Positions 11,183-23,811 of a stretch of DNA of 64,000 nucleotides are shown in pieces. Location: contig CDRNVI010000140.1 in assembly GCA_977017575.1 (NCBI GenBank), positions 248,001 through 312,000 on the forward strand, read 5' to 3'. The notes under the pieces are model-generated. The model had not been told where the DNA came from. It did not search any database and worked only from the letters and a program-made list of their open reading frames with translations. The stretch is from Paramoeba atlantica (taxonomy: Eukaryota; Protista; Discosea). The translations under genes and the position numbers were made by a program. Each line of letters starts with the position of its first letter. Positions within the stretch are counted from its first letter, which is position 1.

Positions 11183-11361
11183 TGAAAAAAAGGAAAACAA
11201 GAAAAAGAAAAAAAAAAAGGCTAAATTTAGAGAACTAAAATCAAATTGTTCTTCAAAACATCAATTGACATCAAATTCTGTTTTTCGTTTGTCCTTCTTC
11301 TTCTCTCTCTGTCCCTTCTCTTCTCTTCTCCCCTCTCTCTCTTTCCCTTTCTCTTCTTTTG
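11183..11361. promoter_or_regulatory. Compact bidirectional promoter region (179 bp)
   Basis: Divergent ATGs at 11182 (-) and 11362 (+); no specific motif identified. Confidence 0.4.
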
Positions 11362-12958
11362 ATGTTTCAAAACAAGAAATTGTTGGGGTTGGTGGTGATT
11401 TGTCATTTTGTTGTGTTGTCGAGTTGTGTCAATGATTTGAAAATTGAGTTTGTAACAAAAATTGTCAATTTTATTGAAGAGTTTTTTTATTTCTTTCATT
11501 TTTCTTTTTCTTTTTTCATTTTTCTTTTTCTTTTTCATTTTTTTAAAATTTTTGAATAGAACACAATTTTTTGAATTTGTAAACAAAGATAGGTTGATCT
11601 TTCTCTTTCTTTTCTCTTCTTTCAACTCTTTCATCTCTTTCTTCTTTCTCTCTTCATCTCTTCTCTTTCTCTTTCTTCTCTCTCTCATCTCTCTTCTATT
11701 TTCAAGATGGCTTCTTTTATTTTATATGCCAACAAACACTCATTCAGCGCCAATGATGAAACTTTTTCTTGAGGTTTAATTATCTTGTTTTATTTGTTTT
11801 TTTGTTTTTTTTTGTTTTTGTTTTTTGTTTTTGTTTTTTGTTTTTGTTTTTTGTTTTTGTTTTTTGTTTTTGTTTTTGTTTTTGTTTTTGGTTTTTGATT
11901 TTTGGTTTTTTTTTTTGAAAAAATATTCGATTTATTTATCAATTATTATTATCCAATTAACAATAATAATATTTTTGAAAAAAGGCAAAACAATTAATAA
12001 AAGATGAACCACTTCGTCTCGCTGGGATTGATGTTTCGAAAGCCAAATCTCTTAAAAAATATTTTCATTTAAGGTTTATTTTTTGTTTTGTTTTGTTTTG
12101 TTTTTATTTTGTTTTATTTTTGTTTTATTTTTATTTTATTATCTCTTCTTTTGATTTTATTTTCTTTTTATCCTTTCACAATATTAAATTTATTTATTTA
12201 TTTTACAAAATGAAGTACTTTCCCATCTCTCATTTATTACCGAGAAGGAGTGTATGAGACATTTTATGGCCGAACAATTGAAAGTATTCTTGATCTTCAA
12301 ACTCGGTTGAGAGGACCAGGTTGTCATTTTTAATATTTTCTTTTTTTTATTTATTATTATTCTTCTTTTAAATTATTCTTTTTTTTGTTCTTTTTCAAAT
12401 TAAATAAATAAATAAAGAATGAAAATAGAATAACTCTTAAAATGAATAATTTAAAAAATGGATATTTTTCAAAATGGTTTTTAAAAATGGAAAAATGACA
12501 GAATTTAAAATGGCAATGGATATGTCCTCTCTTGAAGAAGCAGAAGAAAAGGTTCTTCTTCTTTCTCTCTCCCTCTCTTTCTCAATCTCTCCTCCCTTCT
12601 CTTTTCTCTCTCTTTCTCTTCTCTCTCTCTCTTCTCTCTTCTCTTTTTCTCATCCCTTTTCCAAAAAGGCAAATCCTCTTCATCCAGCAGGAGAGAGCAG
12701 TTTCTTTTACATTCCAAATTCGCGTGACACAGAAGTGTCACACATTTCAAATTCTCTCTCTTTTCAAGAATTTGCAAGAATGGTTTTGTTTTGTTTGTTT
12801 TTTTTTGTTTTGTTTTTTTGAGTTTTTTTTTGAATGATTTTTGGGGTGTTTTTGTTGTTCTATTTTTGTTATTGATTGATTTATTGTTTTATTTATTTAT
12901 AATTTATTAATAATTTCTTTTATTTTATTTTATTTTATTTTATTTTATTTTAGTTATT

Positions 12959-12994
<36 letters not shown>

Positions 12995-15900
12995 TTATTA
13001 TTTAGGCTTCAATTTGGGGACATAGTTCAATTTTTTATGTTTGTTTGGATGGTGATCTTTCGAATTATTTGCGAAAATATTCTATTCCAGTTTTCTTCTT
13101 TCCTTTTTCGTTTTCTTCTTCTTTTCTCTCTCTCTCTTCTCTCTTCTCTCTTTTTTTTTCTCTCTTTCTCTTCTTCTTCTCTCTTTGATACTTTTTTTTA
13201 GAGCAAGACTTCTCTCTCTCATTCTCCTCTTTCTTCTTCTTCTTCTCTTCTTGTCTCGGTGAGAGGAAATAAGACTTATTATTCTTTTCCAATTGGAAAA
13301 TTGTTTTCTGAAGAGGAAAAAGAAAGAGAAGAAAGAGAGGAGAGAGAGGAGAGAGAGGAGAGAGAGGAGAGAGAGGAGAAAGAGGAGAGAGAGGAGAGAG
13401 AGGAAAGAGAGGAGAAGGAGAGAGAAGGAGAGAGAGAAGATTGTGAAAGAGGAGAAAAAAGAAGTTATGAGAGAGTTTTGAAAGAGAGAGAAGAAGAGAA
13501 TGAGAGGATGAAGAAGAGGGGTGAGGAAGAGAGAGAGAGAAAGAGAGAGAGGAAAGAGAAAAGAGATGAAATGAATGAATGGGTTTCTGTTCATCGATTT
13601 CGAAAAGGTTTTTTTTTTTGGCTTTGAGAGAAGAAGAGAAGAAGAGAAGAGAAGAGAAGAGAAGAGAAGAGAAGAGAAGAGAAGAGAAAAGAAGTAAAAG
13701 AAAAGATAATTTATTGTTAAAAATTTAATATTAAATATTTTAAATTTTATTTTTTATTGTAATATTTTTTATTTTTCAGTGGATTTTCTGACCAAGGGAA
13801 AGATCCAGACCCATTTGTCTGGACATTTCTCTGTTTTAACTTTTTTTGGTTTTTTATTTTTTTATTTTATTTTTTCTTTTCTTTTTTGTTTTTCTCTCTT
13901 GTTGGATGGAAAGAGAGAAAAGAAGAGGGGGGTTTCTTTGTTTTTATAAAAATTAATAATGATTTTTTCTATTTTGGAAAATTGATTTTTTGGGGGTTTT
14001 TTTTCTTTTTTTTTCTCTAAATTATTTTTTTTTTCAGAAAATTTTGTTCAGATGAAAAAAAGCGATCAAATTTTCCACGTTTCTTTTTTTTATTTGTTTA
14101 TTTTATTTTATTTATTTTTATTTTATTTTATTTATTTTTATTTATTTTTATTTATTTTTATTTATTTTTATTTATTTTTATTTATTTATTGAGATTTTTT
14201 ATTTTTATTTTGGTTATTGTTTGTTTGTTTTAATTTGTTGTTTGTTTGTTATTTTGTTGTTTATTTGAATTTTGTTTATTCATTTTATTTGTTTATTTAT
14301 TAAAATAGAAAATGGAAAAAATTGCGAAAAAATTTGAAAATGAATTTATTTTCATTTATACTCAAATTTCTGATTTTCCATCACTGGTTTTTTCTCTTCT
14401 CTTTCTCTTTCTCTTTCTCTCTTCTCTATCTCTTTCTCTTTTTCTCTTCCTCTTTCTCTTTTCTCTTTCTTCTCTCTCACCCAATCTCAATATTTCCTTC
14501 TCTCTTTTCTCTCTCTCTTTTCTCAGGCTGAAAAATTAGGAATCAAGAAAAATTCTCTTCCTTCGACAATTGTTTTTGATTATGCAAGTTCTTTTTCTTT
14601 CTTCTCTTTCTTCTCTTTCTCTTTCTTCTTTCTTTCTCTTTCTTCTCTCTTTCTCTCTTCTCTTTCTTTTCTTTCTTTTTTTATGTTTCAATCCCACTTT
14701 TTTTTTGTTTTTTGTTTCTTTTCTTTTTCTTTCTATTTCTTTTTAACCTTTTTTTAATAGATGCGTTATATTATGAATGTCCGTTTGAAGAGTTTGTTTC
14801 TTCTTTTCTCTTTTCTCTCTTTCTCTTTTCTCTTTTAAAAATTTCTTCAAATAATAATAATAATAATAATAAATGATAATCAATAATAAAATTAATAAAT
14901 AATTAAATAATTAAAACAAAAAATAGAGAAGAAGAAGAAATTGAAAATATTTTAAATGGTTTATTGAACAAGTCAATTTCTTTCAAAAGTGCTATTTCTT
15001 CATATTCTGGTTCTTTTTTTTATTCTTATTTTTATTCTTATTTTTATTCTTTTTTTTTCTTCTTTTTTTTTCTTCTTTTTTTCCTTTTCTTTTTTTCCTT
15101 TTCTTTTTCTTGATTTTCTTTTCTTTCTTTTCTTTCTTTTCTTTCTTTTTTTTCTTTCTTTTTTTCTGATCATCTTCACTTTCCCTTCTCTCTTTCGTTC
15201 TTCTCCTCCGTTTTCTTTCTTTTCTTTTTTGACAGATTTTTTTCTGTTCTATTTACTTCAGTTTGATTTTATTTCTTCAAAAGAAAAGAAAAGAAAAGAA
15301 GAAAAGAAAGAAAAGAAAGGAAAAGAAAAGAAAAAAAAGAGAAAAAAGTGTTTGGAAAAGAAATTCTTTTTAATCATAAAATCTTTTTCTCTTCTCTTCT
15401 CTTCTCTTATCTCTTCTCTTTCTCTCTCTTTTCTCTCTTCTCTCTTCTCTCTCTTCTCTCTTTCTTTTCTCTTTCTCTTTTCAAAAGAATCAAATCTCAC
15501 ATGATGAACCCCTCTCCTACTTCGATTGTTATTCTTTTGGTCTGTGCAATGACAGCAGGTTTTTTCTTCTTCTCTCTTTTCTCTTTCCTTCTTCTTCTCT
15601 CTTTTCTCTTTTCTTCTCTCTTCTCTCTTCTCTCTTCTCTCTTCTCTTCTTTCTTTCTTTCTTTTTCTTTCTTTTTTTGTTTTTTTTCTCTCTTTCTTTT
15701 TGTCTATCTCTCTCTTCCTCTTCTTCTTTCTTCTGTTCTTTTTTATTTTCTAATTTTTTCTTTCCAAAAAAAAAATAAAGGCTTTCTTTTATTTCGATTT
15801 CCTGAAGATGTAAAAGCAAGAGAGAAAATTGTTATGAGAAGAATGATCCAGGAAAGAGAGGAAGAAGAGAGAAGAAAAGCAAGAGAGGTTAAAGAGATGA

Positions 15901-16316
15901 TAGAAGAGGAAGAGAGAAAGCTGAGGAGCGTAATGAATGAAATGAAAAAGGAGAAGAGAGAAAGAGAAGGAGAAGGAGAGAGGAGAGGAGAGAGGGAAGG
16001 AGAGGGAGAGAGGAGGGGAGAAGAAGAGAAGGTGGAGAGAGGGGGGAATGTTGTTGTGGAACTGGAGAGACTCATTTCGATGAAAGAAAAGGTTCTTTTT
16101 TCTTTTTCTTTTTTCTTTTTTCTTTTTTCTTTTTTCTTTTTTCTTTGTTTTGCTCTTTTTATTTTCCTTTATTTCTCTTTCTCTTTTTGATTTCTCTTTT
16201 TTATCTCCTTTAAATATTTCTTTATTATTTCTCATTTTAATATTTTCATGTCATTTTATTGTCAGGGTTACTTGAGTGAAGAAGAATTTGCAAAAGCAAA
16301 AAAATCACTTCTTTAA
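11362..16316 (+). CDS. Multi-exon secretory-pathway protein: signal peptide, redox-inactive thioredoxin/PDI-like domains, TM helix, coiled coil and C-terminal SHOCT-like motif (gene model uncertain; may be two genes)
   Basis: Hydrophobic N-terminus MFQNKKLLGLVVICHFVVLSS. Exons FPSLIYYREG, EKIAKKFENEFIFIYT and AEKLGIKKNSLPSTIVFD are PDI b/b'-like. TM segment SIVILLVCAMTAGFLLF, then an E/R-rich helix. Ends ELERLISMKEK/GYLSEEEFAKAKKSLL* (stop 16314-16316). Confidence 0.55.
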
Positions 16317-16503
16317 ATAATACAATGAACAAAAAAAAATCATAATCGAGAAATTTTGTCTATTTATTTTTCAATTATTCTTCCTCTTAACTGGAGGATT
16401 CTTCTATTTCAAGAATCATCCTCTCAAACACCTCTCAATCTCCTCTCTCTATCTCCTCTCTCTCTCTCCTCTCTCTCTCCTCTCTCTCCTCTCTCTCCGC
16501 TCC

Positions 16504-16780
16504 CTCAAAACAAACCAGTCAAGTCAACCCTCCAAGCATCAGGCAAATTATAAACAGAACCAAGATACCCCATAACATAAACAGAAAACTGACCACTCCC
16601 AGACAAACTCCCCTCCCAAGCTCCTCTCTCTTCTCTCTTCTATCTCCTCTCTCTCTCTCTCTCCTCTCTCTCCTCTCTCCCTCAAAACAAACCAGTCAAA
16701 TCAACCCTCCAAGCATCAGGCAAATTATAAACAGAACCAAGATACCCCCCCATAACATAAACAGAAAACTGACCACTGCC
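16504..16780. repeat. ~100-bp tandem duplication (period 177 bp) of the last coding segment of the kelch gene into its 3' flank
   Basis: ctcaaaacaaaccagtcaa...ataacataaacagaaaactgaccact at 16504 and 16681; the distal copy lacks 2 C's. Confidence 0.85.
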
Positions 16781-18463
16781 ACCCAAACCAGTCTGATCAA
16801 GATATAAATAAGGCATCTTTCTTCCAAGAGGATAGTTTTCTGTGAGATGGGCGTTTGTTTCGTTTGTGAGTTGGAGAAAGGTTGGAGTTTGCGCGCTCAT
16901 GTCTAGAAACCAGAGGGCATTGTAATCTGTTTCGGTTGGGAAACGGTCTTGGTTGGTTCCTCCGAATCCAAAGATGGCGATATTATCAACTGTGAATTGA
17001 TATTTTTAATTCAATATCAAATGATTGAAAAAAGAAATCAAAAAAAAAGAAGAAAGAGAAAGAGAAAGAGAAAGAGAAAGAGAAAGAGAAGAGAAGAGAA
17101 GAGAAGAGAGACCATAAGCAGCTTGCAAATAACGACGAGGTTCAGGAATCAAATTATACCTCTCCCAAACTCCAACAGAAAAACGAGCCAAACTAAATCG
17201 ATAAAAATAAGGAGTATCTATTTTTTTTCACTCTTTCAACAAAAATCATTCAATTTTAAATGAAACATAAAAAAAATGAAACCAGAAATCCAATAGAAAA
17301 TCTTTGTCCCATAATTTGATGTTGCTGAAGCTCCTTGTTGAACAGGAAAAGGAAAAGAAGGATCAAATGTGATATTCACCCAAAAAGATCCTGATAAATC
17401 CCATCTCCACACATCATTATTTCGAAGATTCGCCCCCTTTTCACCAAAATATATTAGAGAAAAAAAAGATCTGAAATAAAAGAGAAAAACACAAAAAAGA
17501 GCACAGAAAAGAAAGAAAGAAAGAAACTTGGCCAATATTTCCACCAAAGAGCATCAATGAAGGTCCTAAAAAAGATCAAATAGTATCAAAATTTGGACTT
17601 ACGAAAAAAGAAAAAGCCACAATTGAAAAGAGAAAGAGAAAAGAGAGAGAGGTACCTGCAGTCCCATCAATTGAACCAGCAATTGACTGAATATTGGCTG
17701 CCCATCTTTCCTGTCAAAAAATGAACAACATCATTTAAATTGCTTTCATAAGAGAAAATAGAAAGAAATGAAAGAAAGATAAAAGATAAAAGATAAAAGA
17801 TAAAAGATAAAGATAATAAAAGCTAAAAAGATAAAAAGACAAAAAAAACGACAAAAAAAAAACCCTGGGCCCCAGAGAAGAAAGAGCAGAATCATAAAGA
17901 AGAGTCCACTGGGCAGAAAGCAAAGACTCCTGATCAAAAACAGGACCAAAACTCCACAAATCACCCAAAACATCTTGATCATTTTGACCACCAAAAAGAA
18001 AGAGATAATTCCCCCAAACTGTTGCTGTTTGCCCCCAATTTCGAGGGGGGGGGAGATTGTTCTTTGGATCTGCGATTGGGTGCCATGATTGGTCTGTTGT
18101 GTTCCAGAATTGGAGCACTCCTGTTGAGAGACCTGTGTGTGTTGTTTTTTTTTTTCAGTTTTTCTTATTTTCTTTTTGAAATTAAATGAAAAGTTTGGTG
18201 ATGAAGATTTGAGAAGAGAGAGTGAGAGAGAGAACCTGTGTAGCCAAGATAACCACCAAGGTTTGGAAATGAACCACCAACACAACAAGAACAAACCCCA
18301 GTTGCTGAGATCCTTTCGATTGGAATCACTTCTTTCCAACTCGAAGCCTTTTTATGTTCAAAATGAATACTTCTTTCTTTCTTTTTGTTTGAGAAAAATG
18401 AACCTGGGGGTCAGAGAAAACCACACAAAACCACAAACACAAAAGAACAAAGACACCTTTCAT
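16682..18463 (-). CDS. Secreted kelch-repeat (beta-propeller) protein
   Basis: Signal peptide MKGVFVLLCLWFCVVFSDPQ (ATG 18463). Kelch-like units PPRNWGQTATVWGNYLFLFGG..DLW, LMLFGG..NNDVWRWD, and VYVMGGY..DAWRVDL. GT-AG exons in phase; stop at 16682-16684. Confidence 0.75.
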
Positions 18464-18996
18464 CTCAAAAAAAGAGAACAAGAGAGACCCAAAAAGAAAA
18501 ATCAGAAAGAGAACGGGTGAGGGAGAAAAAAAAATGATCGAATTTTGGGGACGAATTACTTTGCTGATCTGTCATTGTCTGATTGGTTGAAAAAAAGAAT
18601 TGCGAATTCTTTCTTTTTTTTCGCTTCTCTTTTCTCCGACCCTTCGTCACTTTTTCGTTTTTCCTTCAGCCCTTTGTTTTTTGAGAATGAGAAACCAAAA
18701 AAAAAAGAAAAGATTGATCTCTCAATTTTTTGCCACCAAACATCAAGGGAAAGTATCTTTTTTAAAAGAACAAAAATTTGTGAAACGATCACGAGTACAA
18801 GATTTGTTCTCTTTCGAGTTTGAGAGTGATGGATCCATTTCAAAACATTTTTCATTGTGAGTCAACAAGTCCAAGATAAGAACAGAGAAAAAAACTATCA
18901 AGAAAATGGAGCTCTAAATTTAGCGTCAGGCCTGATTTTTGGCCACGTGTTTCTTCTTTTTCTTTGTCGCCATTTTTTTTGAGCTGGAACGTCAGG

Positions 18997-20166
18997 ATGT
19001 TGAACAAGTTCTTCCTTTTGTCCCTTTTGGTTCTTGGGATGGTGATGGGCCAGTACGACGACTTTGATTACGATACTTATGCTGCTCGTGGACTTCCTGA
19101 ATTCCACGATCCTGAAAATTTTGGCGGGTATGATGATTATGATTATGATGGCGATTATGGAGATTATGGTGATTATGGTGATTATGGTGATGGTGATGAT
19201 GCTTCTGATCCCAAGGTTCTTTCTTCTTCTTCTTCATTCAAAGAAAAGATTTCAAATTTTGGGTCGTTGTTACTGAACCTCCAATGGGCAGATTCCTGGA
19301 TTGTTGGAGCTGGATCAAATTTCATTCCGCAAGATTGTTGCGACAGGAAGTGTTGTTGTTGTTGATTTTGTTCAGGAATCCTGGACTTCCGTTTCAGTGG
19401 TTTTAATTTCTTTTGATCAAAAACAAAAACTCTTTTTTGATTTTGCAAGCAGGGATTGAACGAAATTGCCTCGAAGTTTGAAGATAATGATAACCTTTTA
19501 CTCGGAAAACTTGTCGTCAGCTCAAACCCCGAGATCCTGGTTTGTGAGAATGAAAAACAAAACAAAAACTTTGAATAACTTTCTTAATTTTTACTCCTAA
19601 AGGAACATTATTCAATTGATCTTGAAGAAGAACAAGAACAAATCTTCCTTTTCCAAGGATCAGATTCTCCAGTTCGGTTCTCATCTCTCTTTATCTTTCT
19701 GATCTCTTTCCCTTTCCTTTATTCGCTCACATTTCTTTTTTAGTGTTCCAGGGGATGTTGAAGAAGCTACTGGCTTCATCTCGTTTTTCCTTGACGAAAA
19801 GGTTCTTTTTCTTTTGGTTTCTATTTTGGATTTTTTCCCCCAGATCTGGAATGAGCCTTTCTCTCGGATATCTAGGTGAGGGAGATTTCGAAACTCATTG
19901 CAGGAATTCTCGAGAAAGATAGCGAGTCTCAAAATAATATGTTGAAAAAGATTGAAGACATTGTCTCAAAAGATTCTTCAGACCTTTCCCAGAAAATTGC
20001 CAAATTTTTGAAGGTAACATGGAGGAGATCTGGAGGGGATCGTGCAAAAATTGAACAAGAACAAGCTCGGCTTGTTAAATTGCTTGACGAGAACTCAGAA
20101 AATATCTCATCAGAGAAAGTGACAGAATTTCGAGTTCGTTTGCAAGTTTTGAAAGTCCTCCAATAA
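18997..20166 (+). CDS. ERP29: ERp29-like ER protein (non-catalytic thioredoxin domain plus helical ERp29 C-terminal domain) with a Tyr/Asp-rich N-terminal insert
   Basis: Signal peptide; IPGLLELDQISFRKIV resembles the ERp29 N-domain start; C-terminal IEQEQARLVKLL..SSEKVTEFRVRLQVLK matches the ERp29-C pattern; six exons in phase. Confidence 0.65.
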
Positions 20167-20270
20167 CACCAAAAAAGATCAAGAGACACCCAAAATCAAA
20201 TTAAATAATAGATAAAAAACCTTTTTTTTAAATTACAATTATTATCTTTCACAATATTGAAAGACCTCTT

Positions 20271-20959
20271 TCAATCAGCAATGGTTCCAATGGCGTACCG
20301 TTTAATTTCGTGATGAACAAAAGAGGGATGTTGTGAACCATAAAATCCTTTTGTGTTATCCAAACCAGCTCTTCGAAGGATTGCATCCCCTCCTGTTTGT
20401 TTGTTTGAAAAAAAATTAAGGGAACAAGAGGAGAGAGAGAAGAAATTGATTTCTCTCTTCCTTTCTTTTTTTTTAGGATCGAAAATTGGATTCTTTACCT
20501 GGGTGATCTTCAACATATGGTGTAACATCATAAACTGTACGATCAATTATCAACCAACAATCAGTTCTTGTATTATGTCTTGCAATCTCTGAAAGATAAA
20601 AAAAAAAGATCAGACGCATCGAAACTAAATCATTCATAAACCAACCAAACCTGCACTTGAAAACTTTGGACCATGGATCCTAAACATCAGAAGAATAAAA
20701 AATCAAAAAACAGAAAAAGAAAAAAAAATCACAATGGCAAAAAACTTGGTTTCTTGAAGAGTGATGTCTCGTTTGATTTCCTGGGTTCTCATGAGAAAAA
20801 AGATCGACAAAACAAGAAGAACAAAGGTCCCCAACAAAAGAAAACCAACTACCCGATTGTCCTTCCCCAAGATTATCATTCAAAAACGATTAAGAGAAAG
20901 AAGAAGAAAAGAGAGGAAAAACAGACCCCTTTCTTTTTCTCTTTCTCTTCTGATGACAT
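20271..20959 (-). CDS. Cytochrome b5-like heme/steroid-binding domain protein
   Basis: EIARHNTRTDCWLIIDRTVYDVTPYVEDHPG/GDAILRRAGLDNTKGFYGSQH (HPGG motif and second His). The 5' exons are less certain. Confidence 0.85.
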
Positions 20960-21088
20960 GGTTGTTGATTTGAGAAAACCAACCTCCCCCCCCCCAAAAA
21001 AAAACGACAAACAAAAAAACCGCAAAACACAGCCAAAAAAGACAAAACAAAATAAGATTTTGTTTGATTGATTTTTTTATTTTTTGGA

Positions 21089-23346
21089 TTAATCTCTTTC
21101 TTCATAAGCTCCTTCCATTCCAAGTCCACTTCCAACACCAGGTGGTCCAGCCCCTCCTTTCTTTCCTGAGCCAGAAACAATCTTGTCCACCCGAAGCAAC
21201 AAAATGGCTGATTCAATCGCAGTTTTAAGGGACTGAGATTTCACAACAATTGGTTCGTAAAGATTTAAAGTTTTCATATCAGCAATTGCTCCAGTTAAAC
21301 CATCAATTCCATAGCAAGAATTCTCTTTGGGGCTTTGAGCATGTTTAGCACGAAGTTGTGTCAAAACACGAATTGGTTTGACCCCACAGTTGCTCGCCAA
21401 AACTCGTGGAATGACCTCAAGTGCATCAGCAACAGCAGCATAAGCAAGTTGTTCTCGGCCTGAGATCGATTTTGCTTTTGTTCTCAAATGGTGAGACATC
21501 GACATTTCACAGGCACCCCCACCCAAAACGAGAGTAGGGTCGAGGAAGATATTTTTTGCTGCCATCATCGCATCTTGAAGGTTCCTTTCGACCTCGTTCA
21601 GTAAATCTTTACTTGACCCTCGAAGAAGGACCGTGCAAGCTCCAGGATTCTCACAGTTGGTCAAAAAAGAAAAGTATTCATCTCCAATCTTACAAGAAAA
21701 ATAGGAGAAAGAAAAAATTAGAAAGAGACTCTCACATCAAACAAATGAACACCACAACACAGAGCAAAACTCTCTCTCCTTCTCATCTTCTCCCTCTCAT
21801 CACGATCTTCGAAAAAAAAAAACCTTTTTCACTTCAAAGAGACCACACTTTGTTCCAACAAAAGATTCTTGAAGATCTTCGGGTCTATTCACAATTGTCG
21901 CTCCACAAGCTCTCGCAATTCGATTGTTGTCTGTCTTCTTAAATCTCCTCAAAGCTGTAACACCATTTTTCACAAAGAAATGTTGAGCAAGATCCGAACA
22001 CCCTTTCTCAGTAATCACTAAATCAGGTTTGAACTTTAAAATATCATAACACATTCGTTTAATATATTCTTCCTCAATTTCGAGGAGCCTCTCAAAATCC
22101 CCTTGTCGTTCCAATTGAACTTCTAAAGCACTCTCTCCTTTTTTGTATTCGAGGGTACAATCAAGACAAATGATTCGCGGATTCTCGATCTTCCTTTTCA
22201 TTCCAGTATGTGTCACATCTAAAATTGGATGAATTTTGTGTAAGATAAGAAAACAAAAAAAGCGAACAAGTGAAAAAAACAGAAGATGATCATCAATCTC
22301 TCTTTTTTGTTTCAACAGAGAAAAAATAAAAGAAAAATTGCATCGAAAACAATAAAATGAAAAAAAAAAATGAATGAAAACCTTTGTTAATCACAACACC
22401 AGCAATAACTTCACTGTCCTCAAGAAAACCACCAGGAATTTTCTCGACTTTCACATATCTTTTAATGTCAATATCTTTTCTTCCATCAACTTCTCGAATG
22501 ACTGACTGAACCGCATCAATTGACATATTACAAAATAAGTCAAGATGTGTTCGAATAAATTTTGTTCCCAAAGTACTTCGAAGAAGACGAATGAGATTTT
22601 CTCTGTCTTGCAAATCAATCTTAAATGATAACGACTTAAGATGTTCCAAAGCATCCTCTAAGGCAAGATTCAAAGCTGAAACAATGAAATTTGGGTGAAG
22701 ATTTTTCATGAGAAGGGGTTGGACAGAGTGAAGAATTTCTCCAGCTGGGAAAAAATTGAAAATTAGGAGAAAGAAAACTTTTTAAAATAAAATCTCATCG
22801 CCCATCCATTCTCTCTTTCTCTCTTTTCCATCTTCATCCAAATTGAAAAATTGTCTCAAAGAAATTGACTCGAAAAAAAAAGTGGAAAAAAAAACCAAGA
22901 ATAATCACGCTGGTGGTACCATCACCAACTTCTTCGTCCTGGGCACGAGAAAGTTCCACGATACTCTTTGCGGCAGGGTGAACAACTTCCAACTCTCTCA
23001 GGATCGCATTTCCATCATTTGTAATCACAAGACCGTGGGAACTATTTGGTTGAAGGGTCAAATTCTTCTTTCTTCAAAAGAGAGGGAGAGAAGAGAGGAG
23101 CTCCCTCCTCTTTCTCTTTTTCGTTTTTTTTTTCTTTCCCTCTTTCTGATTTCTCTTTGATTTCTTTTTTTCTCTTTTTTTTTTGAACCTGAGGATCATC
23201 TTTAACATTGCTCGTGGTCCTAAACAACTTCGAATCACATCAGCAACTGTTTTAGCAGCATCAATGTTGGTGATCTGTGTCTCCCTTGCGCTTTCTGTCT
23301 TTGGTGTGGTATTCACAACCATTACTGGCATACGAGGTTGTGCCAT
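21089..23346 (-). CDS. CCT3: T-complex protein 1 subunit gamma (chaperonin CCT3), multi-exon
   Basis: [60 protein letters not shown]-like segment, LRAKHA. Confidence 0.95.
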
Positions 23347-23811
23347 TTTTTTGTGGAAATTTTTGTTCCTGGAGAGAAGGACCGTTCACAAAAGAAGAAA
23401 AAGAATGAAAGGGGGGGGAGGGGAAAAAAAGGGGGAGAAAGAAAGGGTTGTTGGGTTGAAATGAAAACCTGAAAAAAGAATGAAAGAAAAACTTTTTCGC
23501 CGCTCCAACCCCTCTCGACGAGCACTCCCTTCTCTCCCAAAGTCTTTTTGCAATCTCGATTACCAAAAAAGGACATATTTTTTTTGACTTAACGAAAGGG
23601 GTTATTTTTCGATTGTATAAAATTTAAAAAGACCGTTAGAGTCAAAGGAGTGCTCGCACAAAAGTCGTGACGGTGAAAAAGTTTGCTCTTTCGCTGCAAA
23701 AAGCTTTCTTTTTCCTATTTTTTTTGTTTTTTCACTTTTTTGGTGGGTGTGTCTCTTTGTTGTTCAACACAGGCTTTCCTCAAAAAACTTCCACCCCCCC
23801 CACCTTTCACA
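23347..23811. promoter_or_regulatory. Bidirectional promoter region between CCT3 and importin alpha
   Basis: Divergent start codons at 23346 (-) and 23812 (+). Confidence 0.4.

Noticed and set aside
512-16250. Many ORF-track entries rich in F/L/S or K/R/E
   Set aside because: They are translations of TC/GA microsatellite introns or antisense shadows of real exons, not genes
18556-18860. Overlapping 99-aa (-) and 86-aa (+) ORFs between the kelch and ERp29-like genes
   Set aside because: No recognisable motif and partly low-complexity; cannot distinguish from divergent promoter/UTR sequence
23583-23646. Imperfect inverted repeat tttgacttaacg / cgttagagtcaaa in the CCT3-importin promoter
   Set aside because: Short and gapped; expected by chance in AT-rich DNA
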